Source: Dipteris shenzhenensis (taxonomy: Eukaryota). Taken from it: a stretch of DNA of 64,000 bases. Made by a program: the position numbers and the translations under genes. This document shows positions 52,201-64,000 of this stretch, piece by piece (the stretch's first letter is position 1; each line of letters opens with the position of its first letter). The stretch lies in assembly GCA_047967505.1 (NCBI GenBank), contig CM106538.1, one strand, 5' to 3'. The notes under the pieces were generated by a model. The model was not told where the DNA came from. It searched no databases and was given only the letters and a program-made list of their open reading frames with translations.

Positions 52201-55200
52201 ATGGCAGGGGCAACGGTTGACTAGAAACTACAACAGGGAAACTATACTTGGTAAACAATGCAACATCATATCCTCATCAGTACCCATGTTCTCTTTCTAT
52301 TGAATATAAGGATGCATGTTTCAACAATTGCAAAATTATCATAAGTTGCATGTTACCTTTGAGAAGGGAATAGTTTGGCCTTTGTGGGAACCTTGGAAAA
52401 GGCATTAAGAATCCTGCATTGAAAACAAACGAAGAAACTGAGAACAAATACATGAATGTAAAACATCAGATTCATTGCCAAACTGATCAAAAAAGTCCCC
52501 AATGGGAAAATGCATAACAGCTAAAGGTAGGATACATTCAATTTCACTTGTTAAAGAAGGAAGTTATGGCATGCCCCCTGCCCTCCCAAAAAGAAATTCT
52601 ACATGGAAAGGTACTCGGGCAAGTAAAGTGCAGAGGAAGTGTCACAGACCATATACCATTTGCATGAGCAGAAACCCAAGGTGGAGGGAGCAAGCCTATA
52701 CAATGTTGCAACTATAATATCTGCCAACAACAACGACCCACAAGCAGGATCATCGGATTGGAGGACACAATCTTTCAAACGGTCTATGATCTGAAGACGT
52801 GGTAGTGGCTGGAAATCATATAACATCTGAGATAATATGTGCCATAAGGGTCTATATTGCTGTCCCAACCCAAAACTTTCTAACTGCAGTGCGAAGGATA
52901 ACACCATGCAGTCTTGGTCTAACACATCATCCACTAGGTGTTTGCCTTTGACCATATAAAACAAGAGCAGGGGGGCTCTCGTGTAAGGCCCAAGGAAGTG
53001 CAAAGACCTTTGACCAATGAAGGCATCTAGCCCGCAAAGAATTTCCAAGCAAAGTATCCTTGCCATTCCATTTGAGACAAGAAAATATCAGCTTCCCATC
53101 AGAAAGCATGCAAGAGACCAAAGAATAACCCATGACCTTAACATTAATATATCGAACGAGAAAATCCCATGTGTAGGCTACAGGTGACCAAAAGCATCTG
53201 TGGTCAAATGCAAGAGCAAGTGCCTCATCATATGCACCCATGGCTGATCGTCTTGCATAAACTCAAGCATCAGTTTCCTCTTATGTGCCAGAACATGCAC
53301 ATGAAAATATTCAGGATATTCAACACTCCATGCATTTTTGGAGAACAAAGATGCTCCATAGAAAGTAATCGAGCAGCCTTACAGCTAGGATGTGATCTCC
53401 AAAAAAGCTCCATTATAGTAGACATGAATCTGAAGATGTCCTACTTAGCAAACATCATTAAAGGCAAATAGAACTGTATATAAGCAACCAAGATGGATTG
53501 AACAATACGAAAACGGACATGCACTGGCCAAGTAGCCAATTTCCAGTACTCCAATTTCTTTCTAAGCTGGTGACCAGTAACTGTCACGAGGACGTGAAAA
53601 GTGATGTAAAGTATCTTCGTAACTCAACCTACGCTTAATGCGGGGTTAACCATGGTTAAGTATTGTAATGGTTTGGCCGTGAGGGACTGGCTAGAGGAAG
53701 TTCACACATCCTAGAAGTTCCTTAGGGCAAAGTTTAGGTGCACCACTAGGTCCTAGGGGCGAAGGCAAAGGCTTTTAAAGAGCGGTCTAAAAGTTGGGCC
53801 CAAGGACAACCAACGCTGTCCTTGGTATGGGGGTTAGGACTTTAGTGAACGGGCAAATGGCAAGGAGGTGCCATTTGTCATGCATGTGTATGCATGCCCT
53901 TCCCCCACCTTCCATCTCTCTCCCCTCACTCTCCCAGGGGTGTTGGACGTTTTCAATCGTTCTTCTGCATTTTTTGAGCTGTTTGAGCTGTTTCAAGCCT
54001 GTTTTCAGTCGTTTTAAGCCATTTTAAGTCTGTTTTGACTGTTCCGAGGCTAGTACGCACTTCTAGGAAGTCCTAGAAGTCATTTCTGAACTTTCTGAAA
54101 ATTTTCGTACGGACTGTACAAAATGTCCGTACAGCTGTACGAACGTCTGTACAGCTGTACGGAATCCATATAGACGTGTTCAGCTGCCTACAACAAGTGC
54201 CCGAGGTTGTCTTTTGATGTGCTGACCTTTGTGCACATGTTTCTGGCTGCGTGGTGGCTTCTGGAGCTGTTTTGGACCAATGCAGGCTGCAAGAGGAACT
54301 TTCCCTGCTGCTTTTGGCACCCTCTCCTAGGAGGACTCAGGCACAGATCCCGAGGTAGTCATTTCGAGACATCTGTGGACCATCTTTCCTCTACAGCTCT
54401 TTCTTGTTCACCCTCCGCTCTCTACCTTCATTTCTCTCTTCTCCTAATTGCTAGAAGACACCTGCACCCTGCAAGGAGCGTGGACAGAGGATAGGTGCAA
54501 GGAAGGAGCTCGCCCCTCTACCACAGACAAGGAGGAAAAGAGGACTGATCAGAAAAATAAAAAGCCCAAGCCCACTGCTGGTCTTTTGCCAAACTTGATT
54601 GGGGCTGTTCAGAATATAGATGCTACAGAGTTATGCCGGGCATGGGGCAAGATAAGAGACCAGACAGCTCTGATGTTTTTCGATCCGGGAGCCAAGGCCA
54701 ATTTCATCTCTCCAAAGCTGGCTGGAAAGTTAGGAATAAGGGCAGAAGAGATGGGTCCTTTGTGTGATGCAGATATGGCTTGTCTAGGACTCAGCCAATC
54801 AGTTACTCCGGTGATAGGCAAGCTGCGGATGCATATTCAGAGCTACGTGGACACAGAAGAGTTCTATAGTATGCCGTTGAAGGGTTGTGATGTGTTACTG
54901 GGGATACCTTGGCACTTTCGTGTTGAGGCTGTTTTGGATACAAAGAATAAAACAATCACAATCACTCACCGTGGCAAGACCCACATTATGGATGCTAAAT
55001 TGAAGGTAGGATCCATCCCTGTTGTATCTGCTTCTGCCATTGGCAACGTAATGAAAAAGCATCTTTCAGCGTACTTAGTGTTTGCATCTGAAAAGAAGTC
55101 AGTAGAAGAAGAGTCTCATTTTTCTAAGCTGGAAAAACAACAGACAGATTTTCTTTTTCAGTTCAGGGACTGTTTTTCTGACTCACTTCCACAAGAGTTG

Positions 55201-58200
55201 CCCCCTGAAAGGCCAGAAGACCACACGATAGATATAATCCCTGGTAGCAGTCCTCCTAACCGACCTCCTTACAGGGTCAGTGCAACCCAGCAAGAGGAAA
55301 TTATGAACCAGGTCAAGGACCTGCTGAAGAAGGGGCTGATTCAGCCCAGCTCTTCACCTTACTGCTCACCCGTGCTCTTGGTCCAGAAGAAGGATGGATC
55401 CTGGCGGATGTGCATTGACTATAGAGCCCTCAATAAGATTACCATTAGGAACAGATTCCCTATACCTCAGATAGATGATATTTTGGATACGTTACAGGGG
55501 TCTGCAATGTTCACTTGCATTGATCTGAAGAGTGGTTATCACCAGATCAGAATTCAGCCAAAGGATGTTCACAAAACAGCATTTCGTACCACATTTGGTC
55601 TGTACGTCATGCCATTTGGGTTAACCAATGCACTTGCCACCTTCAACAAAATGATGGATAGGATTTTTAGAGAGCACCGAGCCGTTGTTAGCAGTTTCTT
55701 CGATGACATCATCGTGTTCTCTCAGGATGAGGCTGAACATAGGAAGCACCTGGCAATTGTTCTCGAGGAGCTACGGAAACATAAGCTGCTTGTCAATGCC
55801 AAGAAAAGTGAATTCTTCATGCATGAGATCCATTTTCTCGGGCACATTGTTTCCAAGGATGGAGTTAGGATGGACCCTCCCAAGGTAGAGGCCATCAGGA
55901 ATTGGCCACACCTAAAGAACATCCATGAAGTACGCAGCTTTCTGAGCTTGTGATCGTACTATAGGAGGTTCATTCGGTATTTTGCAGAGATTGCATCTCC
56001 TTTACATGCCTTACAGAAGAAAGGGGTCACTTTCAGATGGGGTCCCAAAGAAATTGCAGCTTTTGACCTACTGAAGGAGCGACTCTACTCAGATCCTGTG
56101 ATTATTTTGCCAGATGTTCGCAAACCCTTCGCTGTCCAAGCAGATGCATGTGGGAACAGCATAGGAGGGATACTTATGTAGGATGGAAGAGTCGTGGCAT
56201 ACGACAGTAGAGTGCTCCAGGATGCTGAAATGAATTTTGGCATCTATGAGAAAGAGATGTTGGCTGTCATCCATTCTCTTTCAACCTGGTGAGACTCTTT
56301 ATGTCTCATGTGTTTAAACATCACGGGATGCCTCAATCAATTGTCAGTGATAGAGACCCGCGGATGACAAGTCTTTTCTGGAGAGGGTACCACGCTGAAT
56401 TTCTCATCCGCTTTCCATCCTGAATATGATGGGCAGTCCGAAGAAGCCAATTCCACTGACCTTGATCTTCTCAAATGCTATGTTTCGGATCAGCAATTGA
56501 AATGGGAGAAAATTTTGCCACTTGTTGAGTTCGCGTACAACAACATTGTACACTCATCCACAGGGAAATCCCCCTTTGAAATTGTGGCAGGAGAACGGAA
56601 GGTACCTCCCATTCTGCATACGAAAGATAATAGATTTGTGGAAAGTTTGGATGTTGCTTACTAGAAGGTCAAAACAGCTCTCCAGAAAAGCCAAGAGAAG
56701 CACAAATGGGCAGCCGATAAGCATCGCCACGAGTAAGAGGTCGATTGGGTGCTGCTGCATTTTCAAAAAGCACGACTCATGAAGATGAAAGGCAAGACGA
56801 AAGTGTACACAAAGCTGAAGATGCGGTATTATGGTCCTTTTCAGGTTTTTGAACGCATTAATGATGTAGCTTACAAGCTGAAGCTACCTACCACTTGGAC
56901 CATACACAATGCCTTTCATGTGAGTTTATTGAAGCCTTTCCAAGGTGATGTGCCTGCTGACCTGCTGCATGAGGATCAGCCCGAGGTGGAAGAGTTGGAT
57001 GAAATCTTGGTTCCGGAACAGATTTTGGCACATATGGAAAGAAAAGTGAAAGGTAGAGTTTCCCATCGCTATCTGGTGAAGTTCAGGAATTATCCTACAC
57101 TAGATGCGAGGTGGATGTAGGAGGGTGACCTCGCAGACTCACCTCAGATTTTGCAACCCTACCTCAACGCGTTTCAGCTTGCGCTAACTACGATACAGGC
57201 TCCTACAAGTTAAGCAAAGCAGAGATCCAAAGCATTGCCTAGTGCTCAAGAGGAGGGTAGCACCTCCCCTTGATTCAGACTGCTCATATATCTGGACATC
57301 GCTTGGTGGCACCGATTGTCTCACCCGAGATGCTGCTTGCTGACAGTATTTCTGCCGTGAGGTCTCCATGATGGGTATTCGCGACACTCGACATAGAGGA
57401 TGCATTGATGTATGGATGGGACTCGAGCTCTCCTAGCCCATATTATCATTGCAGGTTGTATCTTACAGATGATGTATATTCTGGTATGGGCTATTTCTGC
57501 CTATTTGTACTTTTTCAACGGCAACCTAGGTAGTTTGCTGTTTTAAGAGGAGGGTATGTCACAAGGACGTGAAAAGTGATGTAAAGTATCTTCGTAACTC
57601 CACCTATGCTTAACGCGAGGTTAACCATGGTTAAGTGTTGTAATGGTTTGGCCGTGAGGGACTGGCTAGAGGAAGTGCACACTTCCTAGAAGTTCCTTAG
57701 GGCAAAGTCTAGGTGCACCACTAGGTCCTAGGGGCAAGGCAAAGGCTTTAAAAGAGGGGTCTAAAAGTTGGGCCCAAGGACAACCAACGTTGTCCTTGGT
57801 ATGGGGGTTAGGACTTTAGTGAAGGGGCAAATGGCAAGGAGGAGGTACCATTTGTCATGCATGTGTATGCATGCCCTTCCCCCGCCTTCCATCTCTCTCC
57901 CCTCACTCTCCCAGGGGTGTTGGACGTTTTCAGTTGTTCTTGTGCAGTTTTTGAGCTGTTTGAGCTGTTTCAAGCTTGTTTTCAGTCCTTTTAAGTCTGT
58001 TTTGACTGTTCCAAGGTTAGTACGCACTTCAAGGAACTGCCAGAAGTCATTTCTGAACTTTCTGAAAATTTCGTACGGACTGTACAGACGTGTGTACGGC
58101 TGTACGAAATCCGTATAGATGTGTTCAACTGCCTCCAACAGGTGCCTGGGTTTGTCTTTTGATGTGCTGGACCTTTGTGCACATGTTTCTGGCTGCGTGG

Positions 58201-61200
58201 TGGCTTCTGGAGCTGTTTTGGCACCCTCTCTTAGGAGGACTCACGCACAAATCTCGAGGCAATCATTTCGGGGCAGATCTGTGGACCATCTTTCCTCTTG
58301 AGTAGGGGCATTCTAGCGTCACCTTTGTTGTTGTTGAAGCTTGTTTCTAAGTTGTGCTAAGTGATTGATGTGACTGAAGCTTGCATTGTGGCCATTTATG
58401 AAGTTTATGACTGAGTAGAAGAAGATCACTGCCCTTTTGTTTATCAAAGGCCGGTTTCAGTAACTTTTCATGCCAAAGGGTAACCAAGATGCAGAACCAA
58501 CTACGTGGGTAAAACAATCTCCCCAGGCCATAAAATACAATGCCAATCCCTGACATGCAATGGGAGAAGCTTAGATTTTCTAAAAATTTACCTGCAAACC
58601 AGCTGCCAAACCACATAAAGATAGAACACGCACAAGGCATGAAAGATCCCTCTCAGTATTCTGAAGAAAGAAGAAGGAATCATCAACATAAGCTTGTGCA
58701 ATCAAAGGCCTTCTTCCATATATCTGTAAACCATGCAGAGCGTTTATAGCTACTAATGATCCATATATCGCAGCATCGGATGAGTAGCTATAGCATACAG
58801 CAAAGCACTAAGAGGGCAGCCTTGACGTACAAAACAGGAAAGAGTCCATTCATGAGTAATATAACCAGATAGGATGGTGTCATCTTTACTGTCCTGATAC
58901 AGCCAATAAATAATATGCTGTATTTTTTTCCCGAATTCCAATGCTTTCATAGTCTACGAGATAAAATCCCATTGTACCGTATCAAAAGCTTTAGCAATAT
59001 CTACTTGTAACAAAAGAGGATATATTGCTCAGTGAGTATACTTTGCATATTCAATTCCCACATAAGCATTGGGAATATTATCTATAATATATTGGTGAGG
59101 AGCAAACCCATACTAAGTAGGGTGTAGACCCTCATGTAAGAAAGCTTTGATATGAGTCACTATCATCTTTGCAACCAATTTGTAAATAACCGGCATGAGG
59201 GTCTTTTGCCTCCAAACTGCAAAAGACACACAAATGCTTTTTAGGGAATAGCTTAATCAGCCCTTCTTCAATGAAGAAGGCACTTGTTGAGATTCGCAAG
59301 CAAGATTGAGATTTCCATTTGCCACACAAACCAATTGCATCTTTCAATTCATTATCCTTGAACGGGGCCTCAATTTGCATAGCCTGACGAGGTGTCAAAA
59401 TGGGATTGACATGTAGGAGGAGTTCCTATCTTGCAGCCCTTACAGCATGCTACACCAACAGCTAGAGTGCTTTGGCCCTTGCAGGTAATCGTGTGTTTCA
59501 CTATGTTCCAGAGCATCTATCAGTTGAAGACATACAGTTGTCCTATGTTCCAACGGAGGATAACTTAGCAAATCTATTCACGAAGGCTCTACGATGGCCC
59601 AAGTTTGAAGCTTTTCGCAAGCTTTACACTTGGTACCTTTTGTTATGCGATTCTGCTTTCCCGGTACTATCATAGGTTGCTATATCCATCACGGATGAAC
59701 ATGTGCAACCATGATTTAGTTTCCAAGTATTCCTAAGATGTTTCCAAGATATTCAGCCATACCATGGAGAGGGATTTGTTGCCAGTTTAGCCCTGGTATG
59801 GCCTTCTAGAATAGTTAGGACACTTATTCCACTCAGGACACCTAGGACATCCGGTAGGACAATTGGTACACCTAGGACATTCCATCCAAAAAAGATTCCA
59901 ATGGATGGCATAGACAAGCTGAGTGTCCATGACAATTCAGCTTTGGTCGATGCACTACTTAGTTTCAGTCCTCAGGATGCCGTTTATAAACCAACAAGTG
60001 GTTGTTATTAAACTTGGACATCAATTAAGCTTAGATAGGGCAGTTAGTGGATACGATAGGTCAATTAAAAATTTGGCCTGCCAGGTGTCATTAACACATC
60101 AGCTGGGATTTGGGAAACCCTAAAAATGTAGTAAATAGAGTTAGCCTTATGTGTCTACCTTTTACACACTCTTGTACATCCTGTCCCTTCTGACTGTGAG
60201 AGCTTTATCAATACAAGCCAGCTGTGTGGTGTCTGCATCCAAGGCCTAGACGATTCTGCAAGACTTGTATGAGATGCATGCAAAGCTTTCAACAGCTTCC
60301 TCAATCTGTTCTCGAGAACTTCTTAAAGGAAACGGCTGGGTGGATTCATCTTTGAGTCCATCTCAGCCCACTATGTGACACTAAGAGAGGAGGTTTAGAT
60401 AGAGGGTCCACTGTAAATCCCCCATATGAGGACAGTACAGGGACATGATACCTGTGTAGGATAGGAAGAATGAGAGGGATCCATGTGGGCATGAGATATG
60501 CATGCCACATGGGAGGATCACAATGAATCTGGCCCATCACAAGGGCTGCTGTGCGGACAGACATTAGGCTGGCACATGGGCAGCCACAGAGGCAAACTGT
60601 AGTAGCAAGCAAGGCTACCATATGGGCAGCATATAGGCTGCAACATGGGCAGCATGGGCTGCAGCAGAATACAAGTGGAGATGGGCTGCCAAATGGGCAT
60701 CCAGATCCATATGAGATGGCTGGCATATTTGCAGCAGGCCGAGAATGGTCATGTAGGCAGAGCAAAGAGGCCAGCATTGGTGGCCATAGAGAAGCCATGC
60801 CTGGAGCCGAGCTAAGGGCTTACATAAGGAGGCATATATAGCCCAGCGCTTGGTCGGTTAAAAGACCAGTCTGGACTGTTTCCAGGCCACAGTCAACCGT
60901 TTCACAGACTAGAGGGTCTGTTCAGTTGGCTGATTATAGACCAACATCTGTGGAAAAAGGCCTGGTTGTCCAGCATAAGGCTAGGACAGACTGAGTTCCC
61001 CTCCCCATCTATATGAAGAGCAATTTCAGCACTAGCTGCAGGGGTATGCCCATTTGTGGGTGTAGATTTTATATGAAGTTGACCTGTCTTTGGTGCAATA
61101 AGCACGGAGGTATTTTGCCTGTTCAGAGTACTCTTCAGATCTGAGTGTCTGTATGGAGTTATTATTATTGTGCACACTTGTCTGGATCTACCTGAGTAAT

Positions 61201-62877
61201 TATCTTGGGTTCAAGATTCTTCCTTTAGGTCCAGTAGGGTATCAAAGTCCAACTACGGTAGATGCCTAGAATTTCCAACACACTCACCCACCCATTTTGT
61301 TGCCCTTTAAGAAGCGTCTCATTGTATTTTAACACTTGCAAGTGCCAAGCGAGGTAAATGCCTCTCCAACTAGGCTAAAATTTTATTGCACGTGTACTGC
61401 TCATTGCTTAAATTTTTCGGCCCATTTGATCAACTAACTCAGTCCTCATCTTATGCCTTCCGTAATAACTGCAGCTTTAGAGTCTCTATAGTCCCTAGGG
61501 TCTGTGGAATGGTGCAATGAGAGCATCAACAGTGGAAATCTCCGGACAAGGTTACTGCAAGCGAGGAGTGATACCGCAAGTACATCTTTGTATTGAATTG
61601 AAACTGTCTGTACGACATATCTATATTAAAGTCTGCATATAAGTTTTGGAGGCATATATTCAACCTTATCAAGACCCTTGCTGAGTCCCAAAAAATGAAA
61701 ACAAGGAAACACAAGACAAGAAAAAACAGAACGCCATAGGCCAATCTTAAGTTCTTTGGTCCTTCAAACATCAGCATTAACATAAAGAGAAGGAAAACCT
61801 GGAGAAAAGCTTGGCAACTTCCTCACATTCCCGAGGATTGTAAAACCAGATACCATTCACTTCTTGGGCAGCATTCCGATAAAGTAAATAGGGGAGTTGA
61901 ACATCGTATTCAAAATCACTAAGAAGATCTTCCACTAGGTTCTCTGTCCACAAAGGATCACAAAAGAGAATCCGATCAAAAGGAGCAGTTGGGGTAGTAA
62001 ACTTTATGTGAGCAACTAAATTTTATGTGAGAAAGCAGTCGAACTATAACGAAATATTTGCGTCATTGACATGATATGGCGCATCAGGATAGAAAAACAC
62101 ATAGATGTAAACTCGAAATTGCAGGGCAAAACAATTGGGCTATGGAAGTTACGCATATCTGGCTTCAGACGAAAACTATAGCATTGCCAGTGTTACCACA
62201 GTGGGGTGAGTTCAAGTCTGAGATCCGATTCAGTGGTATCCTAAGCTTAATTTCGATCTAATACATCTGGGATAAGTTGCTTTGCTAACCAACCTGTGCT
62301 CCGCCGATTCATCACAATGAATTGAAATCGAGGTTGAGTTCGCCTGCGGTGTTAGTTGCCCACACACATAAGGAACGGAATGCAACCAACAGTACGGCGT
62401 TTGTGGGAAACACGATCTGCCCAAGCAAACTTGAGAATGAACCACAAACAATTTACTTCCTTACCTCTTCACGACGAACAACGATCCTTCTACATCCTTA
62501 CGGCTCTGCAATGCCAAAAAGATGTCAAAACCCATATCCATCACAGAATCAAGTACAGCTCTACATGGCGAGATCGACGCCCCACAGAGCAAAGTGCCAT
62601 TTTTGAGAGATACAGCTCTATTCCAACATACGTTGAAGGGGGGGGAATGCGAGTTCTACAAGGCGAATCAAAAGCAGGAAAAACGACCCCTCGATCAAAG
62701 CAGCGAATGTGGAGATACCCATTCACAGAGGTCGATGTTAAACTCATAAAAAGTGACGTGGGCAGCCGTGGAGAGGATCTCTTCAACATCGCGATCGATG
62801 CGCTGAAGCACGGTGAGATTCAATTCTCGGGTGCTCTGCTGATTAAGCTGCGGGAGAAGCTTCACGTTCTGTGACAT
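49295..62877 (-). CDS. DCP1: mRNA-decapping activator DCP1, 8 coding exons (62719-62877, 62465-62505, 62294-62343, 61799-61943, 52357-52413, 50131-50257, 49554-49994, 49295-49351), 358 aa
   Basis: All junctions are GT-AG with consistent phases (1077 nt). EVH1 domain [75 protein letters not shown]. Pro-rich linker. C-terminal trimerisation-like motif [26 protein letters not shown]. Confidence 0.95.
52599..59400 (-). mobile_element. Decayed L1-like LINE in DCP1 intron 4, split by the Gypsy at 53582-58459
   Basis: RT motifs [15 protein letters not shown] (about 58965-59010) and [12 protein letters not shown] (58800-58835), plus [15 protein letters not shown]-rich ORF2 remnants continue at 52599-53576. 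Confidence 0.7.
53582..58459 (+). mobile_element. Chromovirus family A, copy 2, internally deleted, in DCP1 intron 4
   Basis: Perfect TSD GTAAC. 5' LTR from 53582 (its 3' part, the PBS and most of gag are deleted at about 54450). Protease-RT ORF 54448-55953 ([16 protein letters not shown]), partial RNase H, integrase and chromodomain to 57120, PPT 57545-57556, 3' LTR 57557-58459. Confidence 0.93.
59410..60294 (+). mobile_element. 3' fragment of a Ty1/Copia element (RNase H end, PPT, 3' LTR)
   Basis: [31 protein letters not shown] ggagaggga; LTR TGTTG(59777)...CAACA(60294). Confidence 0.75.
60374..61280 (+). mobile_element. Probable solo LTR
   Basis: TGTGA...CAACA termini with flanks cacta/cactc (4/5 match) and an LTR-like GC-rich core. 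Confidence 0.45.
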
Positions 62878-63232
62878 AGGGGAACGCGATGGGGGGGCTC
62901 AAGGGAGGGCAATGCAAGAATGAGCAAAGTGGCGTCGTTCATCAGCAACAACAAGAAGGAGAGTGGGTGGAGTTCCAAATGCTCATTTTGTACACAAGGC
63001 TCACCTCAGGTCTCCTTAATTACCACTATCTTCCACACACACTTAAGTCCTTATCTCATTCTCTTAGTTTTTTGGGACCATGGGACCTTGGTAGTTTTGT
63101 GGGAAATGGACATTTCACTCCCGAGTGGCCCCATCTCGTCTCTCCCACCTTTTCTTTCCCACACCACTCAGCTGTTGCGTCTAGAGCTCACTGGTCTTCT
63201 TGTGACAAAAAAGACTCTCTAAAGCATTTGAG

Positions 63233-64000
63233 GGTTGAACACAATGTAATATCCACAGTTTCACCAAACGATGTGATAATAAACATGGGGAATCAGTTTT
63301 CCCATAATGCTTAAGGCTTTAGAGGGTGCTCTAAAGATTGGTTCATCACCCTATGCATGTTCTTGCATTATCCTTATCCTTTTCTATCCAAACTCGTCTT
63401 GCTCATCTTAGGCTAGGTTCAAACAGGTGCGGCAACCAAAACACCTTTTTGGGAAGATGGCTACCGTTGTGTGATGTCCACACATGGCACGCCTAACAAT
63501 ATAGCCATTTATTGGCATGCACATTCCACACACCTGTTGTACGCCCTCTTGGTTATGCGAACATGTCATTGGACGTTCTAGAGCCACCTGGGGCCAAAGC
63601 CTAACCACTGCAATGCGTCAAGGGAGGATGGCTAGTGCTTGGGTAGGGGGTAGTGCCAGACACACCTTCCTTCTTTCAGCCATGTTTACAAACCAATCAT
63701 CTTGTGCCTCGACGATTGTCCCTTTGGTTGAACATGATGTAAAATCCACATTTTCACCAAACGATATGATATTTAACATGGGAAATTAGTTTTTCAATAT
63801 CATTAGGCTTTACAGAGCTTTCTCCTTGCCATCTTCCATCCAAAGTCATCTTGCTCATCTTAGACTAGATTTAGGCAAGGGTGGCAACCAAAACACCTTT
63901 TTGAGAATATGGTACGGTTGTGTGGTGTTCACACCCGATTTATTGGCAAGCACATTTCACACCCCTCTTGTGCACCCTCTTGATTATGCAAAAATGTCAT
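63233..64000. repeat. Diverged tandem repeat, period about 494 bp, upstream of DCP1
   Basis: ggttgaaca..atgtaa.atccaca.tttcaccaaacgat... at 63233 and 63727, with colinear gcaaccaaaacacctttttg blocks. Confidence 0.8.

Noticed and set aside
62356-62874. 172-aa plus-strand ORF
   Set aside because: Antisense shadow of DCP1 exons 1-2 and their introns.

Overview
Eukaryotic, TE-dense land-plant DNA. A fern or other seed-free vascular plant is my inference from the long TE-filled introns and the TE clades. There are two minus-strand host genes: a complete 8-exon DCP1 (mRNA decapping activator, 358 aa, 49295-62877, with a 9.4-kb intron 4) and the first four coding exons of CFIm25/NUDT21 (20545-21834). 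The remaining CFIm25 exons are not in the window, so 1-20544 is probably one giant intron. Most of the rest is nested, decayed TEs: L1-like and RTE/RTEX-like LINE fragments, three members of one chromodomain Ty3/Gypsy family (one with a tRNA-Glu-like PBS), a second chromovirus and a Ty1/Copia with intact LTR/PBS/PPT/TSD, an Athila-like fragment with an extra 3' ORF, a hAT-type MITE and solo LTRs. The two most unusual items are (i) a decayed Helentron/HLE2-type rolling-circle element (OB-fold + Rep + PIF1 helicase + C-terminal apurinic endonuclease, about 23.1-29.5 kb) and (ii) a ~250-340 bp non-coding retroposon present in three copies, each with a long TSD, a fixed poly(A)-less 3' end and a variable 5' end. 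No prokaryotic systems, CRISPR arrays, rRNA or tRNA genes were seen. All calls were read by eye; no database searches were run.
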